Part shown: one piece after another, positions 1 through 13,000 of the stretch
Numbering within the stretch: position 1 is the stretch's first letter
Layout of the letters: every line of letters begins with the position of its first letter
DNA from: Bugula neritina
Taxonomy: Eukaryota; Animalia; Bryozoa
Direction of reading: 5' to 3'
Assembly (NCBI GenBank): GCA_964035545.1
Contig: OZ037769.1
Coordinates: forward strand, 12,740,633-12,804,632
Length of the DNA stretch: 64,000 nt
Translations under genes and position numbers: made by a program
Notes under the pieces: generated by a model
Told to the model about the DNA's origin: nothing
The model's input: the letters and a program-made list of their open reading frames with translations, nothing else
The model's database searches: none

Positions 1-1162
1 AGTCTTCCGTGTGAATCTCTTTCAACATCTAAGGGAGTTGCCAGTACCCATTGATTAATTTTTCCAGTAGCGACCTGGTCTTTAAATGTTTTGAAGTGTT
101 TAAAAGCTGTTTTGAGTTGGTTCTTAACCAAAGGCGTGTCCAGCTGGGCAAAAAGCTGATTAACTCGATCGGCATGTGTTTCCAGCCTAGCTGGAGCAGA
201 ATTTGGTTTGGGTGGTTTTGGCTTTGGAAGACCAGGATTTTTCAGTGGTTTTATGATTGGTTTGACATCTTGATGATTTACTACTGAGACATGGGGAGAC
301 TTCTGTGGATCTGAAAGATGGGGAGAGTGATGTGGATTATTATGGGATTCAGGATGAGGAACTCCCTTCTGCTTTATGTTGGAGTGAACTGGCATAGAAT
401 TTGGTTTTTCTTTGCCTGCCTGGCTTGAATAAACTTCCAAGACTATGAGTAAACATATTACCTGAAACAGAAAAAAAGAACCTACACTTTATAGTAAGCT
501 AATATTTTGACTAATTTGGCAGAACCCAGATATAGATGTATATACGTAGATAAAAGTTACAATTGCTTTTGAGGAATAGGGTCACTACCTTAGTATGCAT
601 CAGCAAATTATGACCTCAGAACTTCTAAACATTTACTACACGGGTAAATTTATGTATTGATTCTATTTATGCGTAGCAAAAAAAACTGAGAGGGCGGTCT
701 GCAACATTTAAGTGAACTGTCATTGTCATATAAGCTAGATAAATACATACTGATCGTAATGGAAAAGTCAACGGTTTTCATATCTCAATTTATGAAAAAA
801 TTAAAAGAAAACTTAAGAGAATAAAGCAAAAGTCGAAAAAACCTTAATTATTCAGTTGTATTTGTTAAAATTTCATTAATTTAGGATTGTTGAAATGATT
901 TCCCTTAAAGAACATAATAAAATGAAATAGCTGGAAACTTTAAAAATGCTGTTATGAAAATATCTGCTGTTTCAATAAAAAATACAGTCGACAAAGATTT
1001 TAGATATTTCAACAGCTGCCTAATATATTATAGAGGTATAAACACTTCACCTAAGAAGAATTTATATTGAAGTGCTAATACTTACGCCCATTAACATGTT
1101 GAAATATAAACTTATACTGCAAAACAAAATAATATACTTACAGAAAATTTCTTGGCTGCCAT
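1..1162 (-). CDS. Secreted putative Zn-dependent (AID/APOBEC-like) deaminase, left copy; 5' part only, runs off the window
   Basis: Exon 1 coding 1162-1142 (MAAKKFS, GTAAGT donor). Exon 2 starts at 461 after ctgtttcag and is open without a stop down to base 1: VICLLIVLEVYSSQAGKEKPNSMPVHSNIKQKGVPHPESHNNPH...KPLKNPGLPKPKPPKPNSAPARLETHADRVNQLFAQLDTPLVKNQLKTAFKHFKTFKDQVATGKINQWVLATPLDVERDSHGR. It is the reverse-complement paralog of 17671-18880. The deaminase motif is visible only in the right copy. Confidence 0.75.
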
Positions 1163-1640
1163 TTTGAGCTTCAGAAAGCAAGCACCACAAATTGAAAGTG
1201 TAGTGCATGTTGGTACAATAATTCCATTTCTTTAAATAGTAAATTTTTGGATGTGGAATTATTATGCGTAGCATTTTGCATCTCAAAACTGAAGCACTGC
1301 AAGCGTTTGTTTTGTTTTGTTAAATTGTTATGCTCACAGCAATGCTATAATAATTTCTCATAAACTTACATAAGTTTGAACAAGCTGAATATACCCTTAT
1401 TTTTATGAAAAATGCTTATTTCAAGCTGTTTTAAAATGCATGCAGTTATTGGTTTATAGATTACAACGTTTAATATAATTATGCCTAGCTTTTTCATGAA
1501 TTTATAAATTTAAAAAAAAACACATTAACAAAGCTCTAAAATGTTAGATTAGTCATTTTTGATATATTTTATACTCTTAAAGCAGTCATAAGATAGGGGC
1601 TGATGCCATTTTAATAAAGACTCAACCAATTGCTTATAAT

Positions 1641-1850
1641 CACCATCCTTGTGAGAAAACCTCTGGTAGAAAGGGTTTTCGTTAAATCGGGCTAAGGACT
1701 TATTCATATGTGACACGTACAGGAGCAATTAAATGACTGGATGCTCTTCCTAACATCACTAATGGCTTTTGTTGGGCTTAAACCCATGCATGACTTTGTG
1801 CTTATATACGTACTTGGCTAATGCTTCAAATCCTAGACCATGACTGCTCC
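1641..1850 (-). mobile_element. tRNA-derived SINE, family 1
   Basis: Matches copies at 13625, 16986, 47238 and 49086 (A-box-like TGGTCTAGG, core GGAAGAGCATCCAGTC). Lies within the duplicated arm. Confidence 0.75.
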
Positions 1851-2960
1851 CTCTAATGCTATCTTGATTTCTCACCTTTCTCCACCATTTCCTGATCCGG
1901 TGGCAAACCTGATGCCATTTTAATGCATATATGTTATTATTGTGATCAAATACACAGAACAAATTCACTGAACTAGTATTATATTGTATGTATAAGAAAA
2001 ATGAGGAAAAGGAAATGAGAATTTTCACAATTCAAATTACCAGTATTACAGCTAAAGCTAGATGATAAAATAAGACAAATATTTATATCGAGTTAGTAAA
2101 ATATCTGAGTTTTATTTAAACAGGAATTGGCCTTTAATATCTATAAAAAATAATTTGAACTTGTAGCCTATATTCTAAGAAAATGATATTCTGCTGTGTT
2201 ATAGATACTGCAGTAGGTCAAAATTAAGTTTTAGAAAATTAAAAACTGCAGAATACGTTGAATATCGCATTTCAGAACTGAAGCTGCCACGCATAAGTTT
2301 TGGTTTTATTATAACTTATCATAAACCCAATAATTGAGTTTGAACATGCCCTCATTCAAATGAAACTGAAGCAAAGCTGTTGACAAGCTTCATTAGTTTA
2401 TTGCTGTGCATAAACAGAAAATGATTTCTACTGATATTTTATTGTTATGTAGAATAATTTATATAACTTATATATAATAAAAGTCCGGAAATCTCATATT
2501 TTGCTTGCATGGTTAACTTTCAATACTCACACCAGCTACGACTTTGCAAGATTTTCATCACAATGCATCACCATCACCTACTGCTTCTGTTTGTAAAACT
2601 AAAATGTCAACTACTTCTTTTGAATAAAAGTAACTTCTATTTTTATATAACTTATAACAGCTAATCTTTCTAATTTACAAAAGTGTAAAGACAGACATAA
2701 AATACAAAAACAATCCTGAATGAAATTATAAAAAATAAAAGTTGTATAGGAACAGAGTGATTGGGTATACACTATAGCTAGTGACAGTACGTTAAGTATT
2801 TGATCAGAATTTTAGTAAATACTTATAAACCAATTTAAACAGTAGAGCTTGTAGAATAATTTAGCTAATTTTTGCTTGCTTATTTCTCCTCCCCCCTCGC
2901 ATCTCTTCACCACCAATTTATTGCTTAAGCCTTGGCAAATGTTTACAAATTGTAAAATAA

Positions 2961-3045
2961 TTCGAATCACAGACCTCCCGCTTGCAAGCAAACAACCTTA
3001 CCAATTACACCACAGGGGCTGCTGGGTTAACTCAACAGTACACAA
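2961..3045 (-). mobile_element. tRNA-like repeat, family 2 (degenerate)
   Basis: Similar to 58835-58930 (cttgcaagca...ttacaccac.g.ggc..ctggg). Absent at the matching position of the right arm, so likely a later insertion. Confidence 0.55.
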
Positions 3046-4086
3046 ACTTTAAAAAGTATTAAGAAGTTACCCTCCATTTTATTGCAATGTGTAATAACAA
3101 TATTAATATATTAGTGTATACACATAAATTTACCATACTATAGTAAAATTTATTATTCTAAAATCAGCTTTGATTTTTATTATCATTATTAGTTGAGCGA
3201 AAGTAGCCTAACTTTTCTTAGTTGTGTTTTTAGGTTTTTATATATAATAATATAATAAAAAAACACATTTAGATTTATATATATAGCCATCATTGTAATT
3301 CTGGTAAGAAATGTGGTAACATTTGCACCAAGACTGAAAATGTTAAACTATAGCATATAAATGCTGTATGCCACCTTTGAAATAGGTATTTGCAACATTG
3401 TTGTTTGTCTTATTGATTGTGAGATTGAGCAATAAAGAGGCTTTCCAATGTAGATATCAAAGAGTGTTTCTAATTGTGAGAATTAAGAAAATTCTGTGAA
3501 AATGGAAACATTTGCATCTAACTAATTTGAAGCAATTTAAAGAAATATAAATGATTATTTGTATACAAAAGATAGTTTTATAAGTTTGCTGTGTCATAAT
3601 GTTTTACTGAGCATATAGTAAAAATATCATTATTATATATTATATATTATTATATAATATAACTGATATATAATAAAATGCTTCAGTTTAGCATGCAACA
3701 GTATATCAACATGTATAGTGTAAATACATTAACATGAATAACTTTACCTTGCCATACTACTTTGCTAAATATTTTTACTTGTAAAAGCTGCCACTCAAAA
3801 AATTGAGTCATCATTGCATTAATGCACACCTAATGATTGTGCATCATAAAAAATTTCTTTTAGAATTATGAAAATAAAATAATACTTATATGCAGGTTTT
3901 ATCTAATCCTACGCACATTTGGTTGACTATGAAAATATAGTAACATCAAATGTTTAAACAATGAATTAGGTCATTGATTGTTCATGCCAGAATTTTTCTG
4001 TTAGCTATGCTTAGTATTTAAAGAATAAAAGAAATTTATTCTTTAAAGAAGGTCTGGCATTTCTGACTTGCTTTTAACCAGCAGCA

Positions 4087-7000
4087 TTATATCTTAGTTT
4101 GGGCATCGTCTAGGGGACCGACAGCTTTTTTGAAATCGTCTTCTTTTGCTTCTAGTTGTCTGTATAAAAATATTTTGTGATTATCAACTCTATTGTTATA
4201 GTTAATATTACACAAGGTATATAAATATGAGAGAATAACATGCAGGTGTGTAATGAACAGGCATACACTTTCAAAAAATTGCAAGAAATAAAATGAAAGA
4301 CAGACATTCAGACACCTGGAGAGACAGACAGACAAACAGACAGACACACAGACAGACACACAAACAGACAGACACACAGACAGACACCTGGAGAGACAGA
4401 CAGACAAACAGACAGACACACAGACAGACACACAAACAGACAGACAGACAGACAGATAGGCAGGCACATATACACACAGACAAGCACACAAACAGACAGA
4501 CAGACAGACAGACAGGCACACACACAGACAAGCACACATACACACAGACAAGCACACAAACAGACAGACAGACAGACAGACAGGCACACACATGGGGCTG
4601 CCACACTACAGTCGACACGTGACTGTGAACGCGTTTTCTGTGACGTCACAACTGTCTGATTTCTGAACGCAACTGTCAGTTTTTCGCGATGAGTTCAGAG
4701 TTTGACAAGGCGAATGCTCAATTTCAGCGATCAGCCAATTACTGATTGGCAGGTAAGCCCTGATTGGTTAAATGTTTTTACTTATTTTACGTGCTACTAG
4801 CGAGCATTATTATTTGAGTTGGTTCTTCAAAAACTATATTATTTTACTTTTAAAATAATTATGATGGAGATATGTATGAAAATCTTAATAAATTATGAAA
4901 ATAAGTATTTATTAGATAAATTGGGCTAAATTTTATCTGCATATTTAGTTTTTCTAATTTGGTGGAATTTTATTAGCATATTCAATTCTTTATGCTATTG
5001 AATGCGATTGAATATAGATATTAAATCTTACTAAATGAAGCTAGTAATTTTGAATAAGTGAAGCTAGTAAATTAGGATAAAAATAAATAGTAAATCTTAT
5101 TGAATTATGCTAGTAAATCTCAATAAATTGCGATAAATTTAATTTCTGGTTGCTGTGAATACAGCAGAAACTAAGCTACAAGATTCCTAATGGTTAAAAG
5201 TTTACTGCAGTGCTAGAGACAGTTAGCTTTCAGCGTTAGTAGTGAACTGTAGTGTGACCAGCAAAAAGTAGGAAGTGGCGTTGAAGGTATGCGAGAGCAG
5301 CTCCAAAATGGCGTCCACAGTCGAGTTTCGACTGTAGTCTGTCATCCCCAATACACACAGACACACACACAGACAGACATACACGTATATAAACAAATAG
5401 GTTAACAGCAAGGAAAAATATATAAGTAAACCATTGAGTATTTGAAAGAAAAGAGAGAGCTCAAAAATCAACATATAAAATACAATAATAAGTTGATGAG
5501 CAGAAATTTAAAAGGTGTGTGAAATTCTTCACAACTGAAGTTTACAAATGATTAGCAAAGAAGCATTTTTTAATCTTACCATGTGTGTAAGCACGCCTGG
5601 CCTACCTGGGAAACACATTTGCTTCTTCTATAGTCTCAGGTAACTTTCTACCAGCCGTCTCTGGCAATAAGAAGGTCAGAAGTCCACTAAGTATGACTGA
5701 AGTACCAATGATGGCAGGAGAGAGCAGTTTGGAGTATTTCTCTGGCACGAAGTTACCCTGTGAATCACCAACAGCAAACATTAAACTAGTTGTAGCAAAT
5801 TCTCAGCACAGAGTAGAATTGTGGAAGGAAGAAACTATAGAGACTTGCATGAGATGTCTATTTGAGAACATACTACTTCCTCCGTATCTCACTAAACTGT
5901 GGGTCCTAACACTTCGATCTGTGACATATATAGTAGAATACCAGACTTCACTCACAGTTTCATTAAATTCAGCCATTTTGTCCCTATACACACATACATA
6001 AGCTAAGCAAAATAAAGGTTTTTTTGTGACCTATATAATTTTTTAAGGAAACTGTAAAATATGGAGGGTGTACCTATTGCATGTAAGTACATTATATTTC
6101 TTGATTATAAAATATAGATGAATGCAGCTGCATACCTTTCAAATGATGGTGTTTTATAAACTATCAGTTGGAAGGTATCTGAAAATTTGGAATATAGTGA
6201 AAGGAGTTATGTTCTCACTAAATCACACACCCTGATGCTCTAAATTATGAATTAGAATATTAAATGATCTGATTAATTTTCAAGCAACTGCTTTGCATGA
6301 AAAAAGTTAATAATAAACATGATGTATAGGTTACTAGAACTATGATACATACAATGTCATTAACGAGAGGTGCTAGTATCTGCCCAATTCGCCCCATAGT
6401 AGCATTTAGGCCCAGCAGGCTATTTCTAAGAGTGGTCGGGTAAAGCTCTGCAGCCCACACATAGATGGTGCAGTGAGAGATGGACAGACCAAACTTTCCC
6501 ACAACATTCAGAGCTATGTGGTACCCATTCAGCTGGGCATCATCTATAGAGTGAGGAATAATAAGCTATAGCAAGTGTATGATATAAGGTATAATATGTT
6601 ATAGCAAGTGTATGATATAAGGTATGATATGCTATGGCAAGTGTATGATATAAGGTATAATATGCTATAGCAATTGTATGGTAGAAGTTTATATGATATG
6701 CTATAGCAAGGGTATGATAGAAGTCATAATATGCTATAGCAAGTGTATGAAGTAAGTTATTTAATGTGCTATAACATGAACATAGAATGAGTTATAATGT
6801 GCTACAACATGTACATAAAATATAGCTATGTTATGCTATATAACCAGTACATAATGCGAGTTATAATATATGGTTATAGCAAGTACATAAAGAAAGTTTT
6901 TATAGAATATGTTACTAGCTATAGCAAGTATATAAAGTAATGTATAATGTGCTATAGCATATATTTATTATTTACATAGAACTAGTTATATGATGCTATA

Positions 7001-10000
7001 GCATGTACATAAGTTAGGTAACACACTGCTATAGCAAGCATATAAAGTAATCATTATATTGCTATAGCAAATATGTACATAATGTAAGTAATACAGTGCT
7101 ATATTAGTAAGTATAATATATAAAAGCCAGATTTAAAAGTTTTCAACATTGATTCATCCCAATAAGGTTTACTTTTTGCTTAGCCTAGGGCCACATGGTG
7201 CGTATTTTTGCATGTGAAAATTGAAATCAAAAGTAGCAAAGGAGTCCACTGTAGCGTCAGTGATGCATGATAAATAAAGCTTCCATTTTTAAATCGCACT
7301 CGCTTTCAATAAAACGCAATTTACTGGAACGTAGCACTAAAATAAAGAAATTGGGCTGGCTGAATAACTACCAGCCAATTAGGTGACGACGACAGAGATG
7401 ATTCGAACTTGCGTTGAAAATGCTGAGCGACAAGTGCGAATGTTTTCTCAACGCGCACAGTGGACACCTTTGCTACTCGTGATTTCAATTTTCGCATGCG
7501 ACAATACGCATAGTGTAGCCCTAGGCTTACTCTGATTACACACGCAGGTAATATTATTAGTAGCACATGATTACTCTAACTTACCAATTTATTTGATATA
7601 AATGTATTTATATGACCAACTTCCATGCCAACAATTACACTCTAAGAAAAAAACTCAGGTAAACTACATACAGATACATTACTTAATACTTACATATAAA
7701 TATAACAAACATACCTTCAACAAAGTGATCTACCAACACAGTTGCTATGCAGGCAGAGCCTGCAACCAGAAGCCCAAAAATACACAGCTTTTTCCTACCC
7801 AGTCTGTTGATACTGAGACAGACTGTGTAAGACATGAATTCAACAACCACAGAGAGAAGAAAGTTGGTGTAGATATTTCCTCCTATGTTGCCGCTGTTCA
7901 AGGACAAGCCGTAATAGCCTGCACAACTCGAGGCCCTAAAACACAGCCAGCAATATCATACTTACTCAGTTAATTTTAAATCTTTTATATCCTACAGCTC
8001 AAGATTATTTTTTAGGAAGAGAAGATGTTAATGAAAGCATGTATTTTCTAATTTTCATATTTTGTGAGAATTGAACATGAGTTCTACTAACCAAGTAACG
8101 CAAAGTATTATTGCACGTGCAAACAGTGTTCTCCCTTTCTTTAGTACTTCTGACAATGGAGCTCTGGAAACCGAGGTGTCTTGCTCAAGAGAAAAGCCAT
8201 CAGGGAGCACAACTCCATTTGTTCTAGCAGCTCTGCTAACCACTTGGCTTGCTTCAGCAGTTCTTCCCTTGCTGAGTAACCATCTGGCTGACTTTGGGAC
8301 AAGCCTACGACGACAACTTGGACATTTCAAACATAAATTTGTAAACTTTATATAATACGCATGCTAATTATAGTTAAAATTATGTAACATTAAAATTTAA
8401 AATGACTTAAAACAAATTAAAACCATTGTTTAATAAACATAAATTTGTAAGTCCTCAAGCTTGCAGTAAATTTTATGCTATAGTCACAATTCAAACTCTG
8501 GTGTGTATGCATCTTTTATTTTGCAACCAACTAAATATTATATACACAAAAATTATTATTTAAACTGCAAAAACTAAAAAAAATGCTGTTACATAGTTGA
8601 GGGGTCATGATAAAAAAGTAGCATCTATTTATTACAATTGCGAAATCTTTTACGAGTTTCCCAAATCGGCTGCACAATGTGTGACATATTTACGACACTC
8701 ATTAATTATTTTATCGGGACAATTCTAAACATTTTCATAAAATTGCCTTTACCTTAGTATCTTAGTCCATGTGTAACCTAAATGCCTACATCCTCTATGA
8801 ATATATAACCACATTCTAAATTTATTTGAAACATGCAACTTAGAAACGTTTAAATGATTTTGTATTATATATACGCAGTGTTAATAGTTTATAATTTAAT
8901 TCTAGTTTAAAGTCGTTGGCCATATGATATTATTCTACTCTGTACTTTAAAAAACAGTAAAATCTATTTTTATTGGAAAGACACTAAAACTGGTCTTAAA
9001 ACAAATATCAACCACTAAATGAACAGCAATACAATCGTCAAAACTTATTATTGGACAGAGTGGCAGCTAAACATGAATAGACAATTCTCAGTAACAAACT
9101 TTTGTGAAAACTATTTGACATAAATGCTACTCTTTTTTGCTGTAGTTTTTTGGCTGTTTATATTGAATGTTTTTGAAAGTGAACAATTATGCCCTCTTCT
9201 ATGCAAGATCTCTAAGAAAAGAATTCATCTGCCAACTCTACTCACCAGATGTAAGAGAGGAATAGCAATGCTGGAGCAGTGGTGGCAATTTGTGTGTAGA
9301 ACCAGTCTTTGGAGAGATAGGCTATTCCAGTCAATATGACAAAGCCGGTGGTGTAGAAATAGCGTACGGCAACACCTATGTAGACTCGGTACTGTTTACC
9401 AACCAGTTCCATTGCTGAAACAATGTGTGAAAGATCGGTTTATTACAATGCTTAGCAGCTTGCAAGATTTTACTTTTATATAATTGATTTCTAATTGGAG
9501 TAATGGAAAACCTTCCTTAACTAGGAAACATATAATTGACTTTTGGTCAAAATTTCATTAATTATTTTGATTTACAAACTGAAAGAAACTTTATATAACA
9601 AAAATATATTGCTTTTCTAGCTTATCAGCCTTAATCAATCAACTGTAAACTATTTTGTATAGCAATATAGAATTTACAGGAGTCAATAAATTTATATACC
9701 AACAAAAAATTATTTGTAACAAAGCTATAACAATTATATAATGTAACTGCATGGTAAGAGTTTTGTGAGATAGACGTTAATTGGTAAGAAGTAGAGGTGT
9801 AGGAGTTAAGAGTAGGAGATATAGAAGGATATATGGCAAAAGGCAGAAGAATTATATGGGTTATACGGGTGGTAGCGAGTAGAGGGGTAAGGGTTGGATA
9901 GTAAGAGTTACGTGGAGTAAGGGTGAGATGGTAATTAAGTAGAAGGAGCCATTTGCATGAAATGCTCTTTGCAAAACTTATAAATAAAACCATAGTACCA

Positions 10001-13000
10001 TTGTGCATCTTTACATTGAATAAATTGCATTCTTTTTTTTAAATAATATTATAATACTGATTATATTCAGTTATTTTCAATCAATATAAAAGTATTTATA
10101 GTAGTAGAAGTTTGATTATCAGTTATAAAGTGTTTACATGACTGCGGATTCAATAGTGAACAATAAGCTGTTTAAGTTTATATTGCTTACTATTAGATTC
10201 TCAGTAACACGTAAAAATCGAAAAATATTCTTTGCTATTTACATAGGAACATAATAAAAAATTCGGTATACTGAGTAAGTAAGAAGTAATATAATGACAA
10301 GTTTTGCATACCGATAACAAAGAGGCACATGTATAGCCCTGTAGCACATCCTCCTACGCCCATCCTGAGCACCGCAAACAAGTAATAATATGGGGAGAAG
10401 GCAGCACCAAAACCAAACAGAATTAGCAGCCCTATAGCCAACACTATTGCTTTCTTTCTGCCAATTCTAGAAATAACAACATTACTGGCTTTTTAAGGTG
10501 TAATTTGAATAAACTTGACACAATTTGTAGGAATACCATTTAACTGTGGGGATCAGGCAATTGCTGCAATTTGTGGTTAAGCGTTATAAGAATGCAATTA
10601 GTTTATATTTCTACGCAATCATTATATGACATATTGTATGCATATTTCTGAATTTATATAATAAATACTGCATGGTTTACTTTATATACATGCATTATAA
10701 ATGAAGCAACATATTTTTGTAATATATTCTCTTATTTTATTAGCTCCAGTAATATAGAATTAACTTAGCAATTTAATTTAGTAAAGTCACCCGCTTATAT
10801 AATACTATATGTATGCATCAAATGCAAAAAGAGATTATATAATGCTATACAATGATAAAAAAAACTTCATTCTTAATCGAAAGAAAGCAATTTTAAGAAA
10901 TATATATTTCTATTTATAACTCACACATCAGACAGAATTCCGAAGACTAAATTTCCAATCAGGGATCCAGCCATGTACAACATTGTACTTAGTGTAGACT
11001 TGAAGTTTTCCTCGCACACCAAGTCCCACTTGAAAATCAATCGATTCATTCACATTTTATCCCTAATTTTTTTAAATACAAAAAAATCTGACAAATTATT
11101 ATATGGAATTTAATGAAGTTGCACACATCTTACAAAGAATGAACATGGTTGCATAACAGTTGGCTTTACTCTACTAAATTATATTATGCAGCTACAGAGA
11201 AATTCTAAACCAATTTCATTTTAAACAAATTAAATGAATTATTAAAGACAAAGTTTTTCAAACATAAACTTAGCAACTATAAAAACATAAGTTTCAAAGT
11301 AAAGCCGAGATTAGAGGCTATTTTTAAACAACTATAGTGCAGATTATACGTGGGAAAAAGTAGTATTAACATGGTACATGTGACAAACGCCCTTACTTCT
11401 GTCACAATAGTCTTGGAGAAGTATTCTTTAGAGTAGACGAATTTCTGGCATGGCTCTGACACAATCTGGTTACCGAAGGAATTGCTGTAGTCGGTGCAGG
11501 GGTCATACGATTCAATCGCTGAGAAGTTGTAAGAAAGGCTGGTCATATTAAACTCGAAAGATTCATCCGTGGAGTTGTGTGCACATCTGTAAGTATAAAA
11601 TATATTTATATTGTATATATATTTTCACAATTGAATTGCAGGATTGAAACATCATTTTCTCATATAAATTTGAGTTTATAAGCTATAGTGCAGTATATAT
11701 ACTGCAAATTTGAAACGTTGAAAATACTTGACTGTAAAGTTTGTTTGAACAAGACTAGTTCAATTATTACTAATTCAATTGCAAGACTATACTCAGCTAT
11801 ATAGCTGGCTACTGTTAGCTATTAAGCTGTTGCATTCATCCTACTTAAGAAACTTATTATTATTCTGCTTCCATGCACTAATTTTTCTGACAGCAATACA
11901 ACATTCTATAGATTAGTTTAAACATGATAGACAGTTTTTCTAATATTATATTATTAACCATGAAAAGTTCAAAAAGTTGTTTAAATACTGCAGAGATTTG
12001 TGAGAGACTCTGCAGTTCTAATGCATACAAGGAGCCAGCACCATATATGTTATGTGCTGCCGCATTGTATACAATCATATGTCATCAAAAATTACATGTT
12101 TGATATATGTATTGCGAAGCCCTAAAAATTTGACAAAACTTACTCTATAGAAATAACATTTCTACCTTTAGAATGAGAACTATATAATGCAAAAATATAT
12201 TTCAACTTATTAATAAATATTTATATAATTTACAAGTTTGTTTAAAGACAATATGCTAATCATGTTTTGTAATTTTATAACTTCAAAATTATTGAAATTT
12301 TGCAATATACTTAAAATTTTTATTTGAGTGCCTGCTTAGAAAGCATAAAGCAACAAAATGTTAAACAGGCATGCAAATAGAATGTTGCGTGTCCATTATA
12401 CCTAACTAAAAAACTAACATTGAAACTAAGTTTTAAAGGTAAATTTTGAGTTCATTTAAATAATTGAACTTTATTATAGTAAATTTGACATTGCATATAA
12501 ATACTTTGTAAAATATTGTGTTAAACTGAAGTTACAAAAGTTGAAAATTTTGTCAGTTGGTTCACTATATACCACCCCACAATGCAATGCAGCAAGGCCA
12601 GCTTAAGGTAAGATTATAGGAGGTCTGTTATTATAACACATATATCAAGACATTAGACTTTAGCACAAAAGTAGAACACTGTTTTCTAGCTGATCTTCAC
12701 ATAGACTTTTTTTGACTTTCTCACCAAAAGGTCAAGATTTTATGCAAGCAGCAAGCAGCATATAAACAAAGCCGTTGAACTTTAATGGAAAAGTAAATTG
12801 TACTATATATTTCCGAGCTAACTGCAATTTTCACACAGAGCACACTTTAGACATTCTCATGGAAATGTCGAGATTTTATGCTCTGTTAAATAAATCTTTC
12901 TCATGTTACACTTTTTGTTATGATTATATAATCCGTTTTTTAACTTGAAACTATAACTGGTCCAAGGTTACATAACTCCAGCTGTCAGAGGCTTGGCACT

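Larger units (their letters stand above)
1..3590. repeat. Left arm of a large inverted segmental duplication
   Basis: Collinear reverse-complement matches: 1-470 to 18425-18880, 1140-1450 to 17390-17695, 2300-2885 to 15975-16585, 3300-3590 to 15450-15740. Inner boundary is approximate. Confidence 0.9.

Noticed and set aside
4087-4649. VCLS and RQTD repeat ORFs
   Set aside because: CAGA microsatellite; only 4159-4087 is real coding sequence (last SLC22 exon).
5803-5991. 62-aa ORF in SLC22 intron 8
   Set aside because: No recognisable motif, and the transporter is complete without it.
8270-8304. PKSARWL in place of the usual PESPRWL as a sign of SLC22 inactivation
   Set aside because: All ten exons are open and in phase and the other motifs are intact; one variant motif is not enough evidence.
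9631-10008. 125-aa minus-strand ORF
   Set aside because: Purine-skewed low-complexity intron sequence with no exon support.
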